Counted from the first letter of the stretch, positions 31,002-41,817 are shown. The stretch is DNA of 64,000 nucleotides from Meyerozyma guilliermondii (GCA_051546255.1 CP128818.1:620001-684000), one strand, 5' to 3'. The notes: generated from the letters alone by a model not told the origin. Numbers and translations are program-made.

Positions 31002-34000
31002 TCACTGGAAGCGGCGCGCTGATTTGTCACGCATCTTGCGCCGTTTGTTAATGAAGAGCAACTCACTATTAACGGTTTTAGCTTCCCGTGGCAGCCCGTT
31101 GGTGTGATCAGATGCAAGTTGTAATTCCTCTTCTTCCAATATGGAATCAACTGCTGAATCAGCGTCGGTTCCACTAAAGTATAGTTCGTTTTCTATAAGC
31201 TTGTTATTCCCCAAGTAGATGATTTTGGTGAGATTACCAAATGTCAATGCGACAGATTTGTAGCCGTACGGACGGACGCAATTAATTTTATTTGCAATCA
31301 TAGGCGGCGTATCCTTGTTGAAGGGGATCTGGTAGTCAATTTTTTTGCCATTTGCAGCGCTAACGATGAAACCTGTCCACTTATTGGTGGCTGCAAAATT
31401 ATTAGAAGTTGGTTTGGTGATGTGTGAACGTTTGCGAGAGCGTAGCTGGAAACTATTTGTAGTGTCCTGGACAGAATCGGAATGATTAGGTTCGTCAATT
31501 GTGGTAATATCAACAGGCTTTTGAACCCCAATGACCATATTAATGTTTGTGACTTCCCACTTCTCCACGTTGTCGATCCAGTGTATATCTTCTTTGACAG
31601 CCTCAAATCCCTGGCACCGAATTTCACGAGGATCACGCTCAACACGTAGACAGATGTTGCTTTTAGCTCGCTTGCCATCTGTGTGGAAGGTATGAATCAT
31701 GAGTGTGTTTGAGTAGTAATCTTCATACAAAATCGAGAGAGACTGAATGGATGCACATCCGCAAAACTTGCAATGAGTCGGTTCCAGGTGACTGACACGG
31801 AAGCTCAGATGCTTAAAGTGGCCAATACCAAACGATCTCAAAACCACCCCGGTCAGTACATCGATCAATTCTGCTACCATTCTGTTCACGACAAGCACCA
31901 TACCAACAAAGTCAACTGTTGCAATTGCTGAATTGAAAACTGCCTTGCTCGTCAGCCGAGGAAGTTTAGCTGTCTCCAGGCTGTGGTTCGTCCTGTTGGA
32001 TGAATCTGAGGGTGAGTCAAAGCTGTCTGTTGCAGGGTTGTATATCTTCGGAGGGGGAATGGGAACGACTGAAAAATACTCAGAAATTTCCTTGTTGTAA
32101 ATCTCTCGCTGCACATCCATGATACGGCAACCCCACTGGTTATTTATGACGGTGACCACCAAAATGTCTGCGTTGCTTATGTGGCATATGATTCTATCCC
32201 TAACTCTTGGTGTCACGAGCCGTTTGCCTGAGAGTATTTTCAAGCCACTTGAAGATTGGTAGCTCTCTGCCAATAAATTAACAACTTTCATGGTCCCAGA
32301 TTGGCATGAAATGGTGATAAAGTGTCCATTGTCCAACACCATCAAGTATTCGTCTTCAATGAGAGGATCACTATTTATGTCATCTTCTGGTAAGGAATTG
32401 TCATGTTGCATCCCTGCTAAAGCTTCTGGCAACTCTTCAATGGTAGTCATGTCAGAGCCTTCGGGTACCGAGAAGTCGCTATTAATTTGTGAAGTTGACG
32501 ATGTCATGGATGTTGCACTGGTTCTCCGTCCTACTTTCGATCTTTTCTTTCGTTCTAGTATCATTCGAGCGAGAAGTCCCGGCACTGTTCTTCTTCTAAA
32601 GAAGGACTCTAAGATTTTTGGTCTCTTCTTGGAGACGACTTCTGGTGAAAATTCATCCAGCAAGTCTTGCTCCCATAGATACTTCATGGAGCTTCTTTGA
32701 AAGAGCTTGATTTTTGAAAACCGGCAACTAATAAGAACTATTAAGTTGCCGTCGTTGCTAATGCTAATGTGATTAATGGGCCAGAAAAGCCTACTCTTTG
32801 TGGGACTGACACTTATTGTCGTAGAAATGTCGATTGGTCGAGGAACAGGCTTGATTAAAGGAGACCAAACCAACACTTTCTTATCAAGTCCAACAGTAAT
32901 CATGAATGGGCAGTTGATATTAGTTGTGATGCTCGCAACATCGATATCGTGTCCAGCCGCTAAGTCAATGGACTTGAATTGCTTCATTTCATCTCCCCAC
33001 GAGATAACTACTTCGTTCTTATCAGTTGACAGAGATCTTGACTGGGACACCGCATGCGACTCTGCATTTGTAATGGAAAAGATCAAGTTTGTTATGGCAA
33101 TAAAGAATACGACAATCAAAACTTGCTCCAAATAATAAACATGATTGTTCGTATTGTGCATTCGAATCTGGCCCAAGTTGAGAACATTATTCTCGTCGTT
33201 CATCAAAACGAAAGGGATCAGTAGCGACCAACTCACGGCAACTCCAAGCACATAAACCAAAGCAATCAGAGGCACAATTATCAACCAGGGTCTGATCAGG
33301 TCTACATATCGCACCGTGAGTAGGAACCGGCCAAGCTTGTACCTCCAGGAACCACGGTGAGGGCGCAAGTGGGGAGGCAGCTTTAGTTTGAGCAAAAACA
33401 AGGACAAAGCATTAGTGTCATGAATGCGGTTTTCAATTTGATCCTCGCTATCTTTTTCGTACTCTAACAAGTCAGCAAGCTCTAGTCGCTTCTGATCAAT
33501 TATAATAATGCCCGTTAAGTATGTCAATTGCAACACCTGGTCAATGAACAAACTAATGCAGATAGCTTGAAAAAAACGTTTCAATCGAGACAGTAAGTAT
33601 TGTAGATGATTACCATTCAAAGTGATAGTAAAGACACCCCTTAGTAACGAATACAAGAGGAATAGACCAAAGTAGTTCACAATCATTATTTTGGTAATGT
33701 TCGGGATCAAAATGGTTTCCCCTTCATTGCCAGAAAACCCTGCAAAAAACCACTTGAGTATTCTTATCTTGATATTGTTCCCTGTTCTCAATAGTGAGCT
33801 ACCGGTATAAAACCGAAACAACCTCTTATGAATACCACTTGAACTTTCGTAGGAGTTTCGACAATTCAAGTCATCAATTGTGCGGAGGAGGTTGCGGGAG
33901 CTCAACATGACAATGATGACAACATAGGACAATCTTGAGAACGACATCAGAGGTTGAAACGTGATTTCCCATGTTTCGTATCCGTTCATAATGCGTACAA

Positions 34001-34880
34001 TATTAACCGCTGCTGTAGCAGAAACAAGAATTTCTGTCGCCCAGCCGCAAATGAGTTGAAATACTGCCCGTATGTTGTGCTGGTTGGCAATGCACAAATA
34101 AATAAATAGAAAAATTGAACCGTGCAATACAGCTTCCAACACGAATAGTATATGGAGCAAGCAACTGTATGGGGACTTGGTGTTCTCTCGAATGTAAAAT
34201 CTTCCAAAATCAATAATGCTCTTCACGTTTGTCGTTGAAACTGTTTCCACCAAATCAATATCACGGTAAGCTGCTACCATGGAAGATACGGTGCTAAGAA
34301 GGTCTGTGTCTCGATACACTATGTACATGTTGATCCTGTGGGCAGATTTGAAGAGGTGATTTTCGGTGTCGACGTCGTTCAAATAAATCGATATTTGGAG
34401 GTGAGTCCTTTTGTGGTTAAGATAGTCGAGTAGGTAGTAGTTGTTGTCCTGTGACTGCAATTGACCCGGCTCAAGACCGGGCCATGTATTGAGCGGAGAT
34501 GCAATAATAGCATGGGGAAATTGCAGTGATATATTCTGTTGAAGTGATGAAAGTTGGCGCAAGTAATCTAGATCCAAAACATTTCCCGTGGACAGAGAAC
34601 TCTCAAATGTTAGACGAGTAAGTGTGCTGTCGTCAAAGCTTGCAATTCGAATTCTTTCAGCAACTTCATGGCTGAGATATAAATCATGAAGCTCGGGACC
34701 ATACAGCCATAATTTAGCAATTGAAGCATTTATCGATTTTATTGAAAAGTCGTAGCTCACAGGGTACGAGAGCAAGAATACCAGAAGAATCGGCACCAAG
34801 ATGATCAGTTTGGGGTACAGAACGACAATCTTTATGAAGGTGATTATCACATTGCAGTACCGATCACGAAGGCTCAACAT
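31002..34880 (-). CDS. SREBP cleavage-activating protein (SCAP)-like: TM/sterol-sensing-like region plus WD40 C-terminus
   Basis: Multiple TMs ending IIIIDQKRLELADL (cf. SCAP IDIRRMELADL), WD repeat GHDIDV..TVGLDKKVLVW, Cys motif HCKFCGC. Confidence 0.85.
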   Translation of the reverse strand: MLSLRDRYCNVIITFIKIVVLYPKLIILVPILLVFLLSYPVSYDFSIKSINASIAKLWLYGPELHDLYLSHEVAERIRIASFDDSTLTRLTFESSLSTGNVLDLDYLRQLSSLQQNISLQFPHAIIASPLNTWPGLEPGQLQSQDNNYYLLDYLNHKRTHLQISIYLNDVDTENHLFKSAHRINMYIVYRDTDLLSTVSSMVAAYRDIDLVETVSTTNVKSIIDFGRFYIRENTKSPYSCLLHILFVLEAVLHGSIFLFIYLCIANQHNIRAVFQLICGWATEILVSATAAVNIVRIMNGYETWEITFQPLMSFSRLSYVVIIVMLSSRNLLRTIDDLNCRNSYESSSGIHKRLFRFYTGSSLLRTGNNIKIRILKWFFAGFSGNEGETILIPNITKIMIVNYFGLFLLYSLLRGVFTITLNGNHLQYLLSRLKRFFQAICISLFIDQVLQLTYLTGIIIIDQKRLELADLLEYEKDSEDQIENRIHDTNALSLFLLKLKLPPHLRPHRGSWRYKLGRFLLTVRYVDLIRPWLIIVPLIALVYVLGVAVSWSLLIPFVLMNDENNVLNLGQIRMHNTNNHVYYLEQVLIVVFFIAITNLIFSITNAESHAVSQSRSLSTDKNEVVISWGDEMKQFKSIDLAAGHDIDVASITTNINCPFMITVGLDKKVLVWSPLIKPVPRPIDISTTISVSPTKSRLFWPINHISISNDGNLIVLISCRFSKIKLFQRSSMKYLWEQDLLDEFSPEVVSKKRPKILESFFRRRTVPGLLARMILERKKRSKVGRRTSATSMTSSTSQINSDFSVPEGSDMTTIEELPEALAGMQHDNSLPEDDINSDPLIEDEYLMVLDNGHFITISCQSGTMKVVNLLAESYQSSSGLKILSGKRLVTPRVRDRIICHISNADILVVTVINNQWGCRIMDVQREIYNKEISEYFSVVPIPPPKIYNPATDSFDSPSDSSNRTNHSLETAKLPRLTSKAVFNSAIATVDFVGMVLVVNRMVAELIDVLTGVVLRSFGIGHFKHLSFRVSHLEPTHCKFCGCASIQSLSILYEDYYSNTLMIHTFHTDGKRAKSNICLRVERDPREIRCQGFEAVKEDIHWIDNVEKWEVTNINMVIGVQKPVDITTIDEPNHSDSVQDTTNSFQLRSRKRSHITKPTSNNFAATNKWTGFIVSAANGKKIDYQIPFNKDTPPMIANKINCVRPYGYKSVALTFGNLTKIIYLGNNKLIENELYFSGTDADSAVDSILEEEELQLASDHTNGLPREAKTVNSELLFINKRRKMRDKSARRFQ

Positions 34881-35139
34881 TGTTTTATGGTGATCATGAG
34901 AAGTCTGTACGGGACTGAAATAGGGAGGCTTGTGTACTGTGAATCAGAAATCGTCGAGCTTCTGCTAATCAACTAAAATTTTAGACTATTTTGCAAACAG
35001 GTGAAAGTTTAAGTAAAATCAGTTCATAATCGTGCGAAGACGGCCAAAAAGGGAGAAGCGAGACTACAAAGTGAGACACGCCATATATCGGATTCAAGTC
35101 GTATATATCACATTACACACCAATATATCACCAGCGCAA

Positions 35140-35934
35140 TTATTTATGGCCCAAGGCACATATATTCAACCCGTTCATTTGTTGCAACAAATCATCGACC
35201 TTACCGTCCAACAATCCATTGGCATATTCATCTCTCGAGGCAGGATCCAAGTACTGCTGGATCTGGGCAAGCCGAGAGTAGCCCTCAGTACAGAAGCGCA
35301 ATTGAATTTTCACCAAACTCTCGAACGAAGGGTCGTAAAATGGAACCCTCAATGCAATTAACTGAGGCAATTCTTGCTTCAATTGTTCGTTGAGCTCATC
35401 AAAAATCTCCTTTGCAACTTGCAACTCCTTTTCTGTCCGTGGAAGCTTGGCAGCATCCTTGGAAGGCTTGTCAATCACCTTCCGTACCTTTGCCTTACAC
35501 ATATCGTAATCCACCTTTTTATGAGCACGTTTCTTGATACCCTCATCAATTTCTTTAAAATAGTTGGAAAACTTGGTAATTGGGTCCAAAATCGTCTCTC
35601 TAAATGGTCCATCGATTTGCTTTACCGTTTCCTCGTCGAAATCCCTCACACATTGCAAGTAATAACTACCCACATCAGAGTACACAGTACCTTGCCGAGC
35701 TTCCTCGTAAAGATTAGAAACAATCTCTGCAATCGTAACCTGCGACGCTGTGACAGCTCTCAATGAATCCAAGTATCCTTTGGATGCTTTTTGAAGGTTT
35801 GTTCCAGCTGCCTTGAGAGTTTGATATCTTCTTTCCTGGACATCAAAATCCTTGTCTATGGTTTTATCAACACTCTTCACAGTCACACCTGCACTGGCCC
35901 GATTGACAGCCTTCTTGAATCCTTCCCACGACAT
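35140..35934 (-). CDS. RVS161: Amphiphysin-like N-BAR protein Rvs161
   Basis: MSWEGFKKAVNRA start at 35934; ELPQLIALRVPFYDPSFESLVKIQLRFC. Confidence 0.96.
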   Translation of the reverse strand: MSWEGFKKAVNRASAGVTVKSVDKTIDKDFDVQERRYQTLKAAGTNLQKASKGYLDSLRAVTASQVTIAEIVSNLYEEARQGTVYSDVGSYYLQCVRDFDEETVKQIDGPFRETILDPITKFSNYFKEIDEGIKKRAHKKVDYDMCKAKVRKVIDKPSKDAAKLPRTEKELQVAKEIFDELNEQLKQELPQLIALRVPFYDPSFESLVKIQLRFCTEGYSRLAQIQQYLDPASRDEYANGLLDGKVDDLLQQMNGLNICALGHK

Positions 35935-36060
35935 CGTGTTGCTAGTTATGACCACTGATGCTTTGTTTTAAACTTGCGACTCCGGTCAACCCTATCAAAA
36001 TGACCGTCTTACATAAGCAAAACAATACCAGTTCCTTCAAATTTCAAAATACGAATCGGT

Positions 36061-36240
36061 ATGGAGGATCTGGAGAAGCAGAAAATAATCGACGAGATTC
36101 TTAGTACCAAGACCGAGATCTCGAGGTTAATCAACAATATCCGTGATACTCGAACGGTCTGCAACAGATTGTCAGCTGAAAATCAGTATCTTCAGGAATA
36201 CGTTGGAACGTTGATGAAGAGTAACGACGTAAAGAAATAG
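36061..36240 (+). CDS. SLO1: Short coiled-coil protein (SCOC/Slo1 family), 59 aa
   Basis: Below the track cutoff. MEDSEKQKIIDEILSTKTEISRLINNIRDTRTVCNRLSAENQYLQEYVGTLMKSNDVKK*; L..ENQYLQEY..LM is the family hallmark. Confidence 0.8.
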   Translation: MEDLEKQKIIDEILSTKTEISRLINNIRDTRTVCNRLSAENQYLQEYVGTLMKSNDVKK

Positions 36241-36400
36241 TTGCAAGCTGGCGCTGGTTCTACTGTTGGACCCAGCGGTTCTACTCCTATCAGGTAAAGA
36301 AGTTTTGAAATTGTTCATCTCGGTTTTTCGTTGGAGATTTTCTATTTGTGTCAGGTTTACAAAGCGATCATTTGCTCTCACAGATCGAACAGTCCTCATA

Positions 36401-37012
36401 ATGCGTATAAATCCACAATTGAATGCTTCCGAACCAATCGCTGAGTCAGTTGCGCTTGTCAATCTTTCTTTGAACCACGACAATAAGCGTGTTCGTCCAA
36501 TTGAGAAGGCTTATCATGATTCAAGTTCCGTATTATATCCACAGAAACCTATACCAGTCGAGTGGAACTTTAGAAACACATCTCAGGGAGGCTCAATACT
36601 TGAGGACCAGTCTCAAGATATAACAAGTGCTTCTCTGGACCTGGTTGAGAAAGCAAATCTCCCTGGGGAGTATGTCGTTGTGGAATTCGAGCCACTAATG
36701 GAAGCACCATTGCTAAACTATTCATACGATCCGTTCGATTTTTCTTGTTTACCTCCTTCCAAGCCGACATGGACGTTGGCGGGACCGTTTTGCGATACAC
36801 AAGTTGCTCCAACTGCTGACGAATCCATTCTTTTGCATTATTTACAGAGTGAACAAACTTTGCTGAAGAGTAAAAACTATAGCTGGTGGATGTATGTTAG
36901 ATCGCTACTTTTTGATGTGAGTGAAGAGATTTACTACCGCCTATATCCTGTGGCTACCATTTTCCACGAATCAGATAGCGTATTCGTCGAGGTGCTTCGC
37001 AGTAGTTTATGA
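36401..37012 (+). CDS. Hypothetical protein (about 203 aa), no recognised family
   Basis: Long ORF filling the space between SLO1 and ARP10; first ATG at 36401. Confidence 0.6.
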   Translation: MRINPQLNASEPIAESVALVNLSLNHDNKRVRPIEKAYHDSSSVLYPQKPIPVEWNFRNTSQGGSILEDQSQDITSASLDLVEKANLPGEYVVVEFEPLMEAPLLNYSYDPFDFSCLPPSKPTWTLAGPFCDTQVAPTADESILLHYLQSEQTLLKSKNYSWWMYVRSLLFDVSEEIYYRLYPVATIFHESDSVFVEVLRSSL

Positions 37013-37014
37013 AG

Positions 37015-38154
37015 TCAACGCTTGACAAATGTACGTTTCGTAACTTCAAAAGCTTTCCATGCACTATATTCCTCCCTGACAAGCTTAGTAGACCCATAAA
37101 GCGAATAGCCAGCATAAGGCCCAAGTGTCATTATGGCCTGAACTTTTATCGAAGTCAATTCTCGAAGCTGATTCAAGATGCTAGATTTGAAGCCGGGAAT
37201 CGAGGTTACGAAGCCTGTAAAACAAATCGAGTTCATCAACTTTGAACGATAATCTAGTGGACACCGCTCAACCACTTTTAGTATACGTTTAGACAAGACG
37301 TGATTTGACAAGAAGCATTCGTGAACGGGCTGATATCGTTTTTCATTCGGAATATTAATACCACTAAAAGTAAATTGAGTCTCTTGTTCTTCACCATCCT
37401 GCTTACAATACATGCAACCAGTGATGAAATTGTTTACGAGTTCAAAGCTGTTTGAATGTAAAGACTCCGTTAGTTCACTGTTCTCTAGCTCCAAGAGTTT
37501 TTGTAGAGTATAGTAGTGGAGATGTGTGCCTGTGAGTTTTCGGAAATTTTCGTAACCACACTCTTCGACCATTCGAAGATCAATGACAGGAATGATGCTT
37601 ATTTTGTCCCAGCCTATATCGACGACTAGACCATGTTTTGATTGGGCGCCCACTATAGTGAGTATGGGCTCTGGAATGCAATAAATTGAGCGCACGCCAA
37701 CCCCATACAATAATTCATTGTATATAATATTCTTTGAAGACTCTGTAATGAATGAGTCTATCAAGAATATTTTTGTTCTCGATGGAGTCACAAGAAGACG
37801 ATTCACAAGCAAATCAACAACTTTGGCTCTTACTTCTCGACTGAGAGTCGCCGAAGAATGACACTTTAGCAGTGAACGTAGTGGGAACCACAGGCATTGT
37901 TCCGTGGTGAATATATCGCTGAGATCTTTTAGTATAGGGTCGCTTGTCAAACCTTCTATTATATTCTTACGCTCTAATGCAGTTAATGAGTGGTCTAACT
38001 CAAAATATGGAGGAAGAGCTCGTTCACAGGACTCTTTAAATGGTCCTAACTGAAGAACCGTCGCAGGTTCTGCTTCCCCCACAAAGCCAGCGCTGATGGA
38101 TTTGGTACTTATATTGATGATGACCGCATGGTACTCCGAGGAAGTGTCAGTCAT
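37015..38154 (-). CDS. ARP10: Divergent actin-related protein, probably dynactin Arp10
   Basis: ISAGFVGEAEP, GLVVDIGW..IIPVIDLR, CPLDYRSKLMNSICFTG. Confidence 0.72.
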   Translation of the reverse strand: MTDTSSEYHAVIINISTKSISAGFVGEAEPATVLQLGPFKESCERALPPYFELDHSLTALERKNIIEGLTSDPILKDLSDIFTTEQCLWFPLRSLLKCHSSATLSREVRAKVVDLLVNRLLVTPSRTKIFLIDSFITESSKNIIYNELLYGVGVRSIYCIPEPILTIVGAQSKHGLVVDIGWDKISIIPVIDLRMVEECGYENFRKLTGTHLHYYTLQKLLELENSELTESLHSNSFELVNNFITGCMYCKQDGEEQETQFTFSGINIPNEKRYQPVHECFLSNHVLSKRILKVVERCPLDYRSKLMNSICFTGFVTSIPGFKSSILNQLRELTSIKVQAIMTLGPYAGYSLYGSTKLVREEYSAWKAFEVTKRTFVKR

Positions 38155-38292
38155 AAACGCAATAAGCCTTATTTACGTAAACAATTGCAAGGGCCACATT
38201 CAATAGCACAGCTTCATAAGAATGTAAATTTGAGAAAAGACGGCTTCCATGCAGGTACAAGACCCTGCCATGAAGAACATATCTAATGGAAC

Positions 38293-40665
38293 TCAAAGCA
38301 ATTCCAAGTCTGCCTCATCAATGTCCATAAACCCATCTTCGTCTTTGGCTTTATTTGTTTTGAAGTCGGCTGAAGCAACTTGCAATTGATGCTCGTTTTG
38401 GAACTTTTCCAATTGATGTATATCCCACACAGAAACTCCTTCTTGGTCTTTGGGATTTGTAGGCTGCGCCAAACTACGCAAGAACTTCTTAGCGTTGGCA
38501 AGAGCCATATCCGTAGACAAGTTTTCGTCCGACTCATAAAGTGCTTGAGCTATCCATTTTGGTAGCTGGTTCTTCTTCCGACGGAAACGACGGTCCGCCA
38601 ACACCATGATACCGTAGTCATCCTTACCACGCAAAACTCGTCCCAAACATTGAGCAGCATGTCGCATGGCATCGAAAGAAAGAAAGTCGTTTTCACGAAT
38701 CTGATAATTGTCTCTCAAAAACTCCAACCGAGCCTTCAAGATTCTTGATTCTGTGTATTGGAACGGAATACCAATCATCAATACTGTACGACCGTAATGA
38801 TGGTCAAAATCGATACCTTCAGAAACTTTTCCTCGAGCAACCGACAAAAGAACGGCACCTCTTCCATTGGAACAAGCTTTTCTATACGTCTCAAGAGCCA
38901 ACGACGTCACTTGAGCATCTGGGGTTTCAACTAGAATCAACTTGTGTTTCCAAACCTCATCCAAAACTCCCATAGTCTGCCACATAGAAATGATGGACTC
39001 CATATACAAATATGACGGGAAAAACACCACCATACCATCTGGTGTTATCTTGGAGAACTCAATCAACAAAGAGCCATAGTTTCTCACAACCGAAGGATCG
39101 TTTCTGATTTCAAATTGGGAAGATATACTGACCTGGTCAGCTCCTTTTGTAACTATCATTGGCAAGAATGAACGACGAGCCAATGTCATGGTGTAGGATT
39201 CCTGGATAACGGTTTGGAAGTTGAGCATTCTTGGGTACATATCCAATGGAGAGATTGTTCCTGATGTAATGATGACAGAGGAAAATCGATCGAAGACCGG
39301 CTTCATGGCGATAGACGCATCCAAACAGGTGAAGTGCAATATGGGGTTTGGAACAGTGGCACCATCAGTTTCGAACGGTTCAAGAATCAACTGGAAACCT
39401 CGGTCATAAGTGGAAACGAGGGTAGCAAACGTTGCTATATCCTTCAATGCATTGAAGTCTTCGATTTCTGAAAGCTCAAGAGTACGTACCAAGAGCGAAA
39501 GTCTTTCAGAGCAGAACCGAAGTGGCTTTCGCTCAATGAAGGTTAGGTCCTTTAGATGCTGGAGGAAACTGAGCGGAGTTTCACTGATGACATGAAGTAC
39601 TTTCATTCTTGTTTTCAAGTATTCAATGAACCGCTTGAGGAATGAAATGAAATGTTCAGCTTTCCGTATGTTTCCTGGAATGGCTTCATCGAGCAAGTCT
39701 TGTGGGAGTGCAGGGTTACTCATGAAGAGTTCTTCGTCTCTCGCTATCTCTGCATCTCGAAGTCCTTCTACCAACTTTTCATATTCATTTTGAAGCTTTT
39801 CGGAATCTTGTGCTTTCATTTCGTCCACAGCTTCACCAAGCTTGTTAGCTCCACGAGTCGCACGCTTAAGCGTATCGTCGGTGAGATCAAGAGACAACGA
39901 TTCGATACAAACGTTATCAATGTTGTGCGCTTCGTCGAAAATGATAATGCTGTCCTTGGAGAGTTCTTTCGACACCCGCTCGGCAATCTTGGGATCAAGC
40001 AAATAATGATATGAGTAAATGATGATATTGCAAAATGGAATCATTCTTCTAACGGTGAAATAAGGACATATCTGTTTCTCTTTCGAGTAATTGATAAGAC
40101 CATCGAAAGAATATACACCGTTTGGTACGTAGCTATGCGAATCCATATCGTTCATGTTTTCGTGGTAATTACAGAGGGTGTATGCCTCAGGATTGTTCGC
40201 TTGTAGGTCGGGGGATACAGCACCCAGTTCGATTTTCTGTTTGAGCTGACCATTGGTGATCCTTCTACACTTCTCGTCGACAACATTACCCTTTCGTTCC
40301 TTCGATATAGTGGGATGTATGCACAAGTTTTTTCTACTTGTCAATCCGAGACCACGAAAGTCTTCAACATATCCCAATTCTTCAGCACGATATTCCATGA
40401 GCTTGTGCAACTCAATCAATGCCTTTTCGATCTCGGACATTGTACGAGAGCAATAGACGATCTTTCTGTGTTCTGGATAATGCATTTGATACGCCACTGT
40501 GAGAGAGAGCAACGAGATGGTTTTGCCAGTACCTGAAGGCATTTCCAAAATACAGTTCCCGCCCACATCTAGGGTCTTTTTAATATCACTCATGTATGCA
40601 TATTGCTCGGGATAGATCCTTGGATACGGAAATAGCACCGGGAGGTCATCGATGAAGAATTTCAT
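38293..40665 (-). CDS. RAD3: TFIIH/NER 5'-3' helicase XPD
   Basis: MKFFIDDLPVLFPY start at 40665; EMPSGTGKT, Fe-S cysteines, DEAH, QCLGRVLRGK. Confidence 0.98.
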   Translation of the reverse strand: MKFFIDDLPVLFPYPRIYPEQYAYMSDIKKTLDVGGNCILEMPSGTGKTISLLSLTVAYQMHYPEHRKIVYCSRTMSEIEKALIELHKLMEYRAEELGYVEDFRGLGLTSRKNLCIHPTISKERKGNVVDEKCRRITNGQLKQKIELGAVSPDLQANNPEAYTLCNYHENMNDMDSHSYVPNGVYSFDGLINYSKEKQICPYFTVRRMIPFCNIIIYSYHYLLDPKIAERVSKELSKDSIIIFDEAHNIDNVCIESLSLDLTDDTLKRATRGANKLGEAVDEMKAQDSEKLQNEYEKLVEGLRDAEIARDEELFMSNPALPQDLLDEAIPGNIRKAEHFISFLKRFIEYLKTRMKVLHVISETPLSFLQHLKDLTFIERKPLRFCSERLSLLVRTLELSEIEDFNALKDIATFATLVSTYDRGFQLILEPFETDGATVPNPILHFTCLDASIAMKPVFDRFSSVIITSGTISPLDMYPRMLNFQTVIQESYTMTLARRSFLPMIVTKGADQVSISSQFEIRNDPSVVRNYGSLLIEFSKITPDGMVVFFPSYLYMESIISMWQTMGVLDEVWKHKLILVETPDAQVTSLALETYRKACSNGRGAVLLSVARGKVSEGIDFDHHYGRTVLMIGIPFQYTESRILKARLEFLRDNYQIRENDFLSFDAMRHAAQCLGRVLRGKDDYGIMVLADRRFRRKKNQLPKWIAQALYESDENLSTDMALANAKKFLRSLAQPTNPKDQEGVSVWDIHQLEKFQNEHQLQVASADFKTNKAKDEDGFMDIDEADLELL

Positions 40666-40931
40666 GGAGCCAGGAGGATCAAGAGATGAGATTTGTGCGA
40701 AGGTGTGGGGATGAGATAAAGAGGAAGTAAGAGGAAGAATAAGAGAAAATGTGGAAAAAGTAACTAAGTAATAGAAGAGAATGACAAGAGAATTAAGTGG
40801 AACTCTCACTTCGAGTACAACCATTTATTTTAATACATCTTGAAATTATACAGAATTGAATGTCTCTGACGGGACTGACCATATACCTTCTTCGTTCTTT
40901 CATTTTGTTAACTTCCTACTGTCCTTCTTCA

Positions 40932-41624
40932 TTATATATCATTCTTCTTGTCCTTTTCGAGGATCAACCTTTCCAACTTGGGGTATATCGTGTCAGACGT
41001 ATTTCCACTAACTCGATGTAAGACTCCAAGATCACGGTAGAACTCCTTAAGCGGACCCAATTCCAGATTATACTGATCAAGCCGTTTCTGGAACACCTCT
41101 GCAGTGTCATCTGATCTTTTCGTGAGAGGTTCACCTGTAATATCATCTTTGAATGGAACTTTAGGTGGATTATAGTCCAAATTGTACACCCTTCCGCTAG
41201 GAACATGAACCCACCTAGCCTCAATTCTCTCAAGGATAACATTTTGGTCCACGTCAAGCTCAACTACCATATTTACAGTAGCTTTTCGAGGAATTAACAC
41301 CTTACGCAACGCTTCGGCTTGAGTTCTGGTTCGTGGAAATCCATCCAAAATCCAGCTACTGGCTTCGTTGAGCCACCCTCTCAGTTCAAGCTCAGTGTTT
41401 ATGAGTTCCACCATAGTAGAGTCCGGAACAAGCTTTCCATTTTTGATAAACTCGGCGGCTTTATTTCCAACTTCACTCTTAGCGGCTATTTGTGCCCGCA
41501 AAATATCACCAGAAGACAAAGAATGCAAATTGGAGAAACGCTTGAGCAATCTAGACGTCTGGGTTCCTTTGCCCGACCCGGGAGCCCCCAAAAGTAGTAA
41601 TCGTAACGGCAGAACCAATGACAT
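40932..41624 (-). CDS. ADK2: Mitochondrial GTP:AMP phosphotransferase (AK3 type)
   Basis: GAPGSGKGT, WILDGFPRT, LID domain RWVHVPSGRVYNLDYNPPK. Confidence 0.93.
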   Translation of the reverse strand: MSLVLPLRLLLLGAPGSGKGTQTSRLLKRFSNLHSLSSGDILRAQIAAKSEVGNKAAEFIKNGKLVPDSTMVELINTELELRGWLNEASSWILDGFPRTRTQAEALRKVLIPRKATVNMVVELDVDQNVILERIEARWVHVPSGRVYNLDYNPPKVPFKDDITGEPLTKRSDDTAEVFQKRLDQYNLELGPLKEFYRDLGVLHRVSGNTSDTIYPKLERLILEKDKKNDI

Positions 41625-41817
41625 AAATTGAAATTCGTAAACGTTTGAGCCAATCTACCGCGGCGGACGTGCGGCTGCGTAGCGAATGGGCTTGATGAAT
41701 AAATAATTGAATGAACAGTATCAACCAATATAAGTGTTTGAACCCAATTTGTTTGAACCCAATAATGGTCTGTTGCGCAGTGGTGCTTATTAGCCAATTA
41801 GCCTATCTTACATACAT

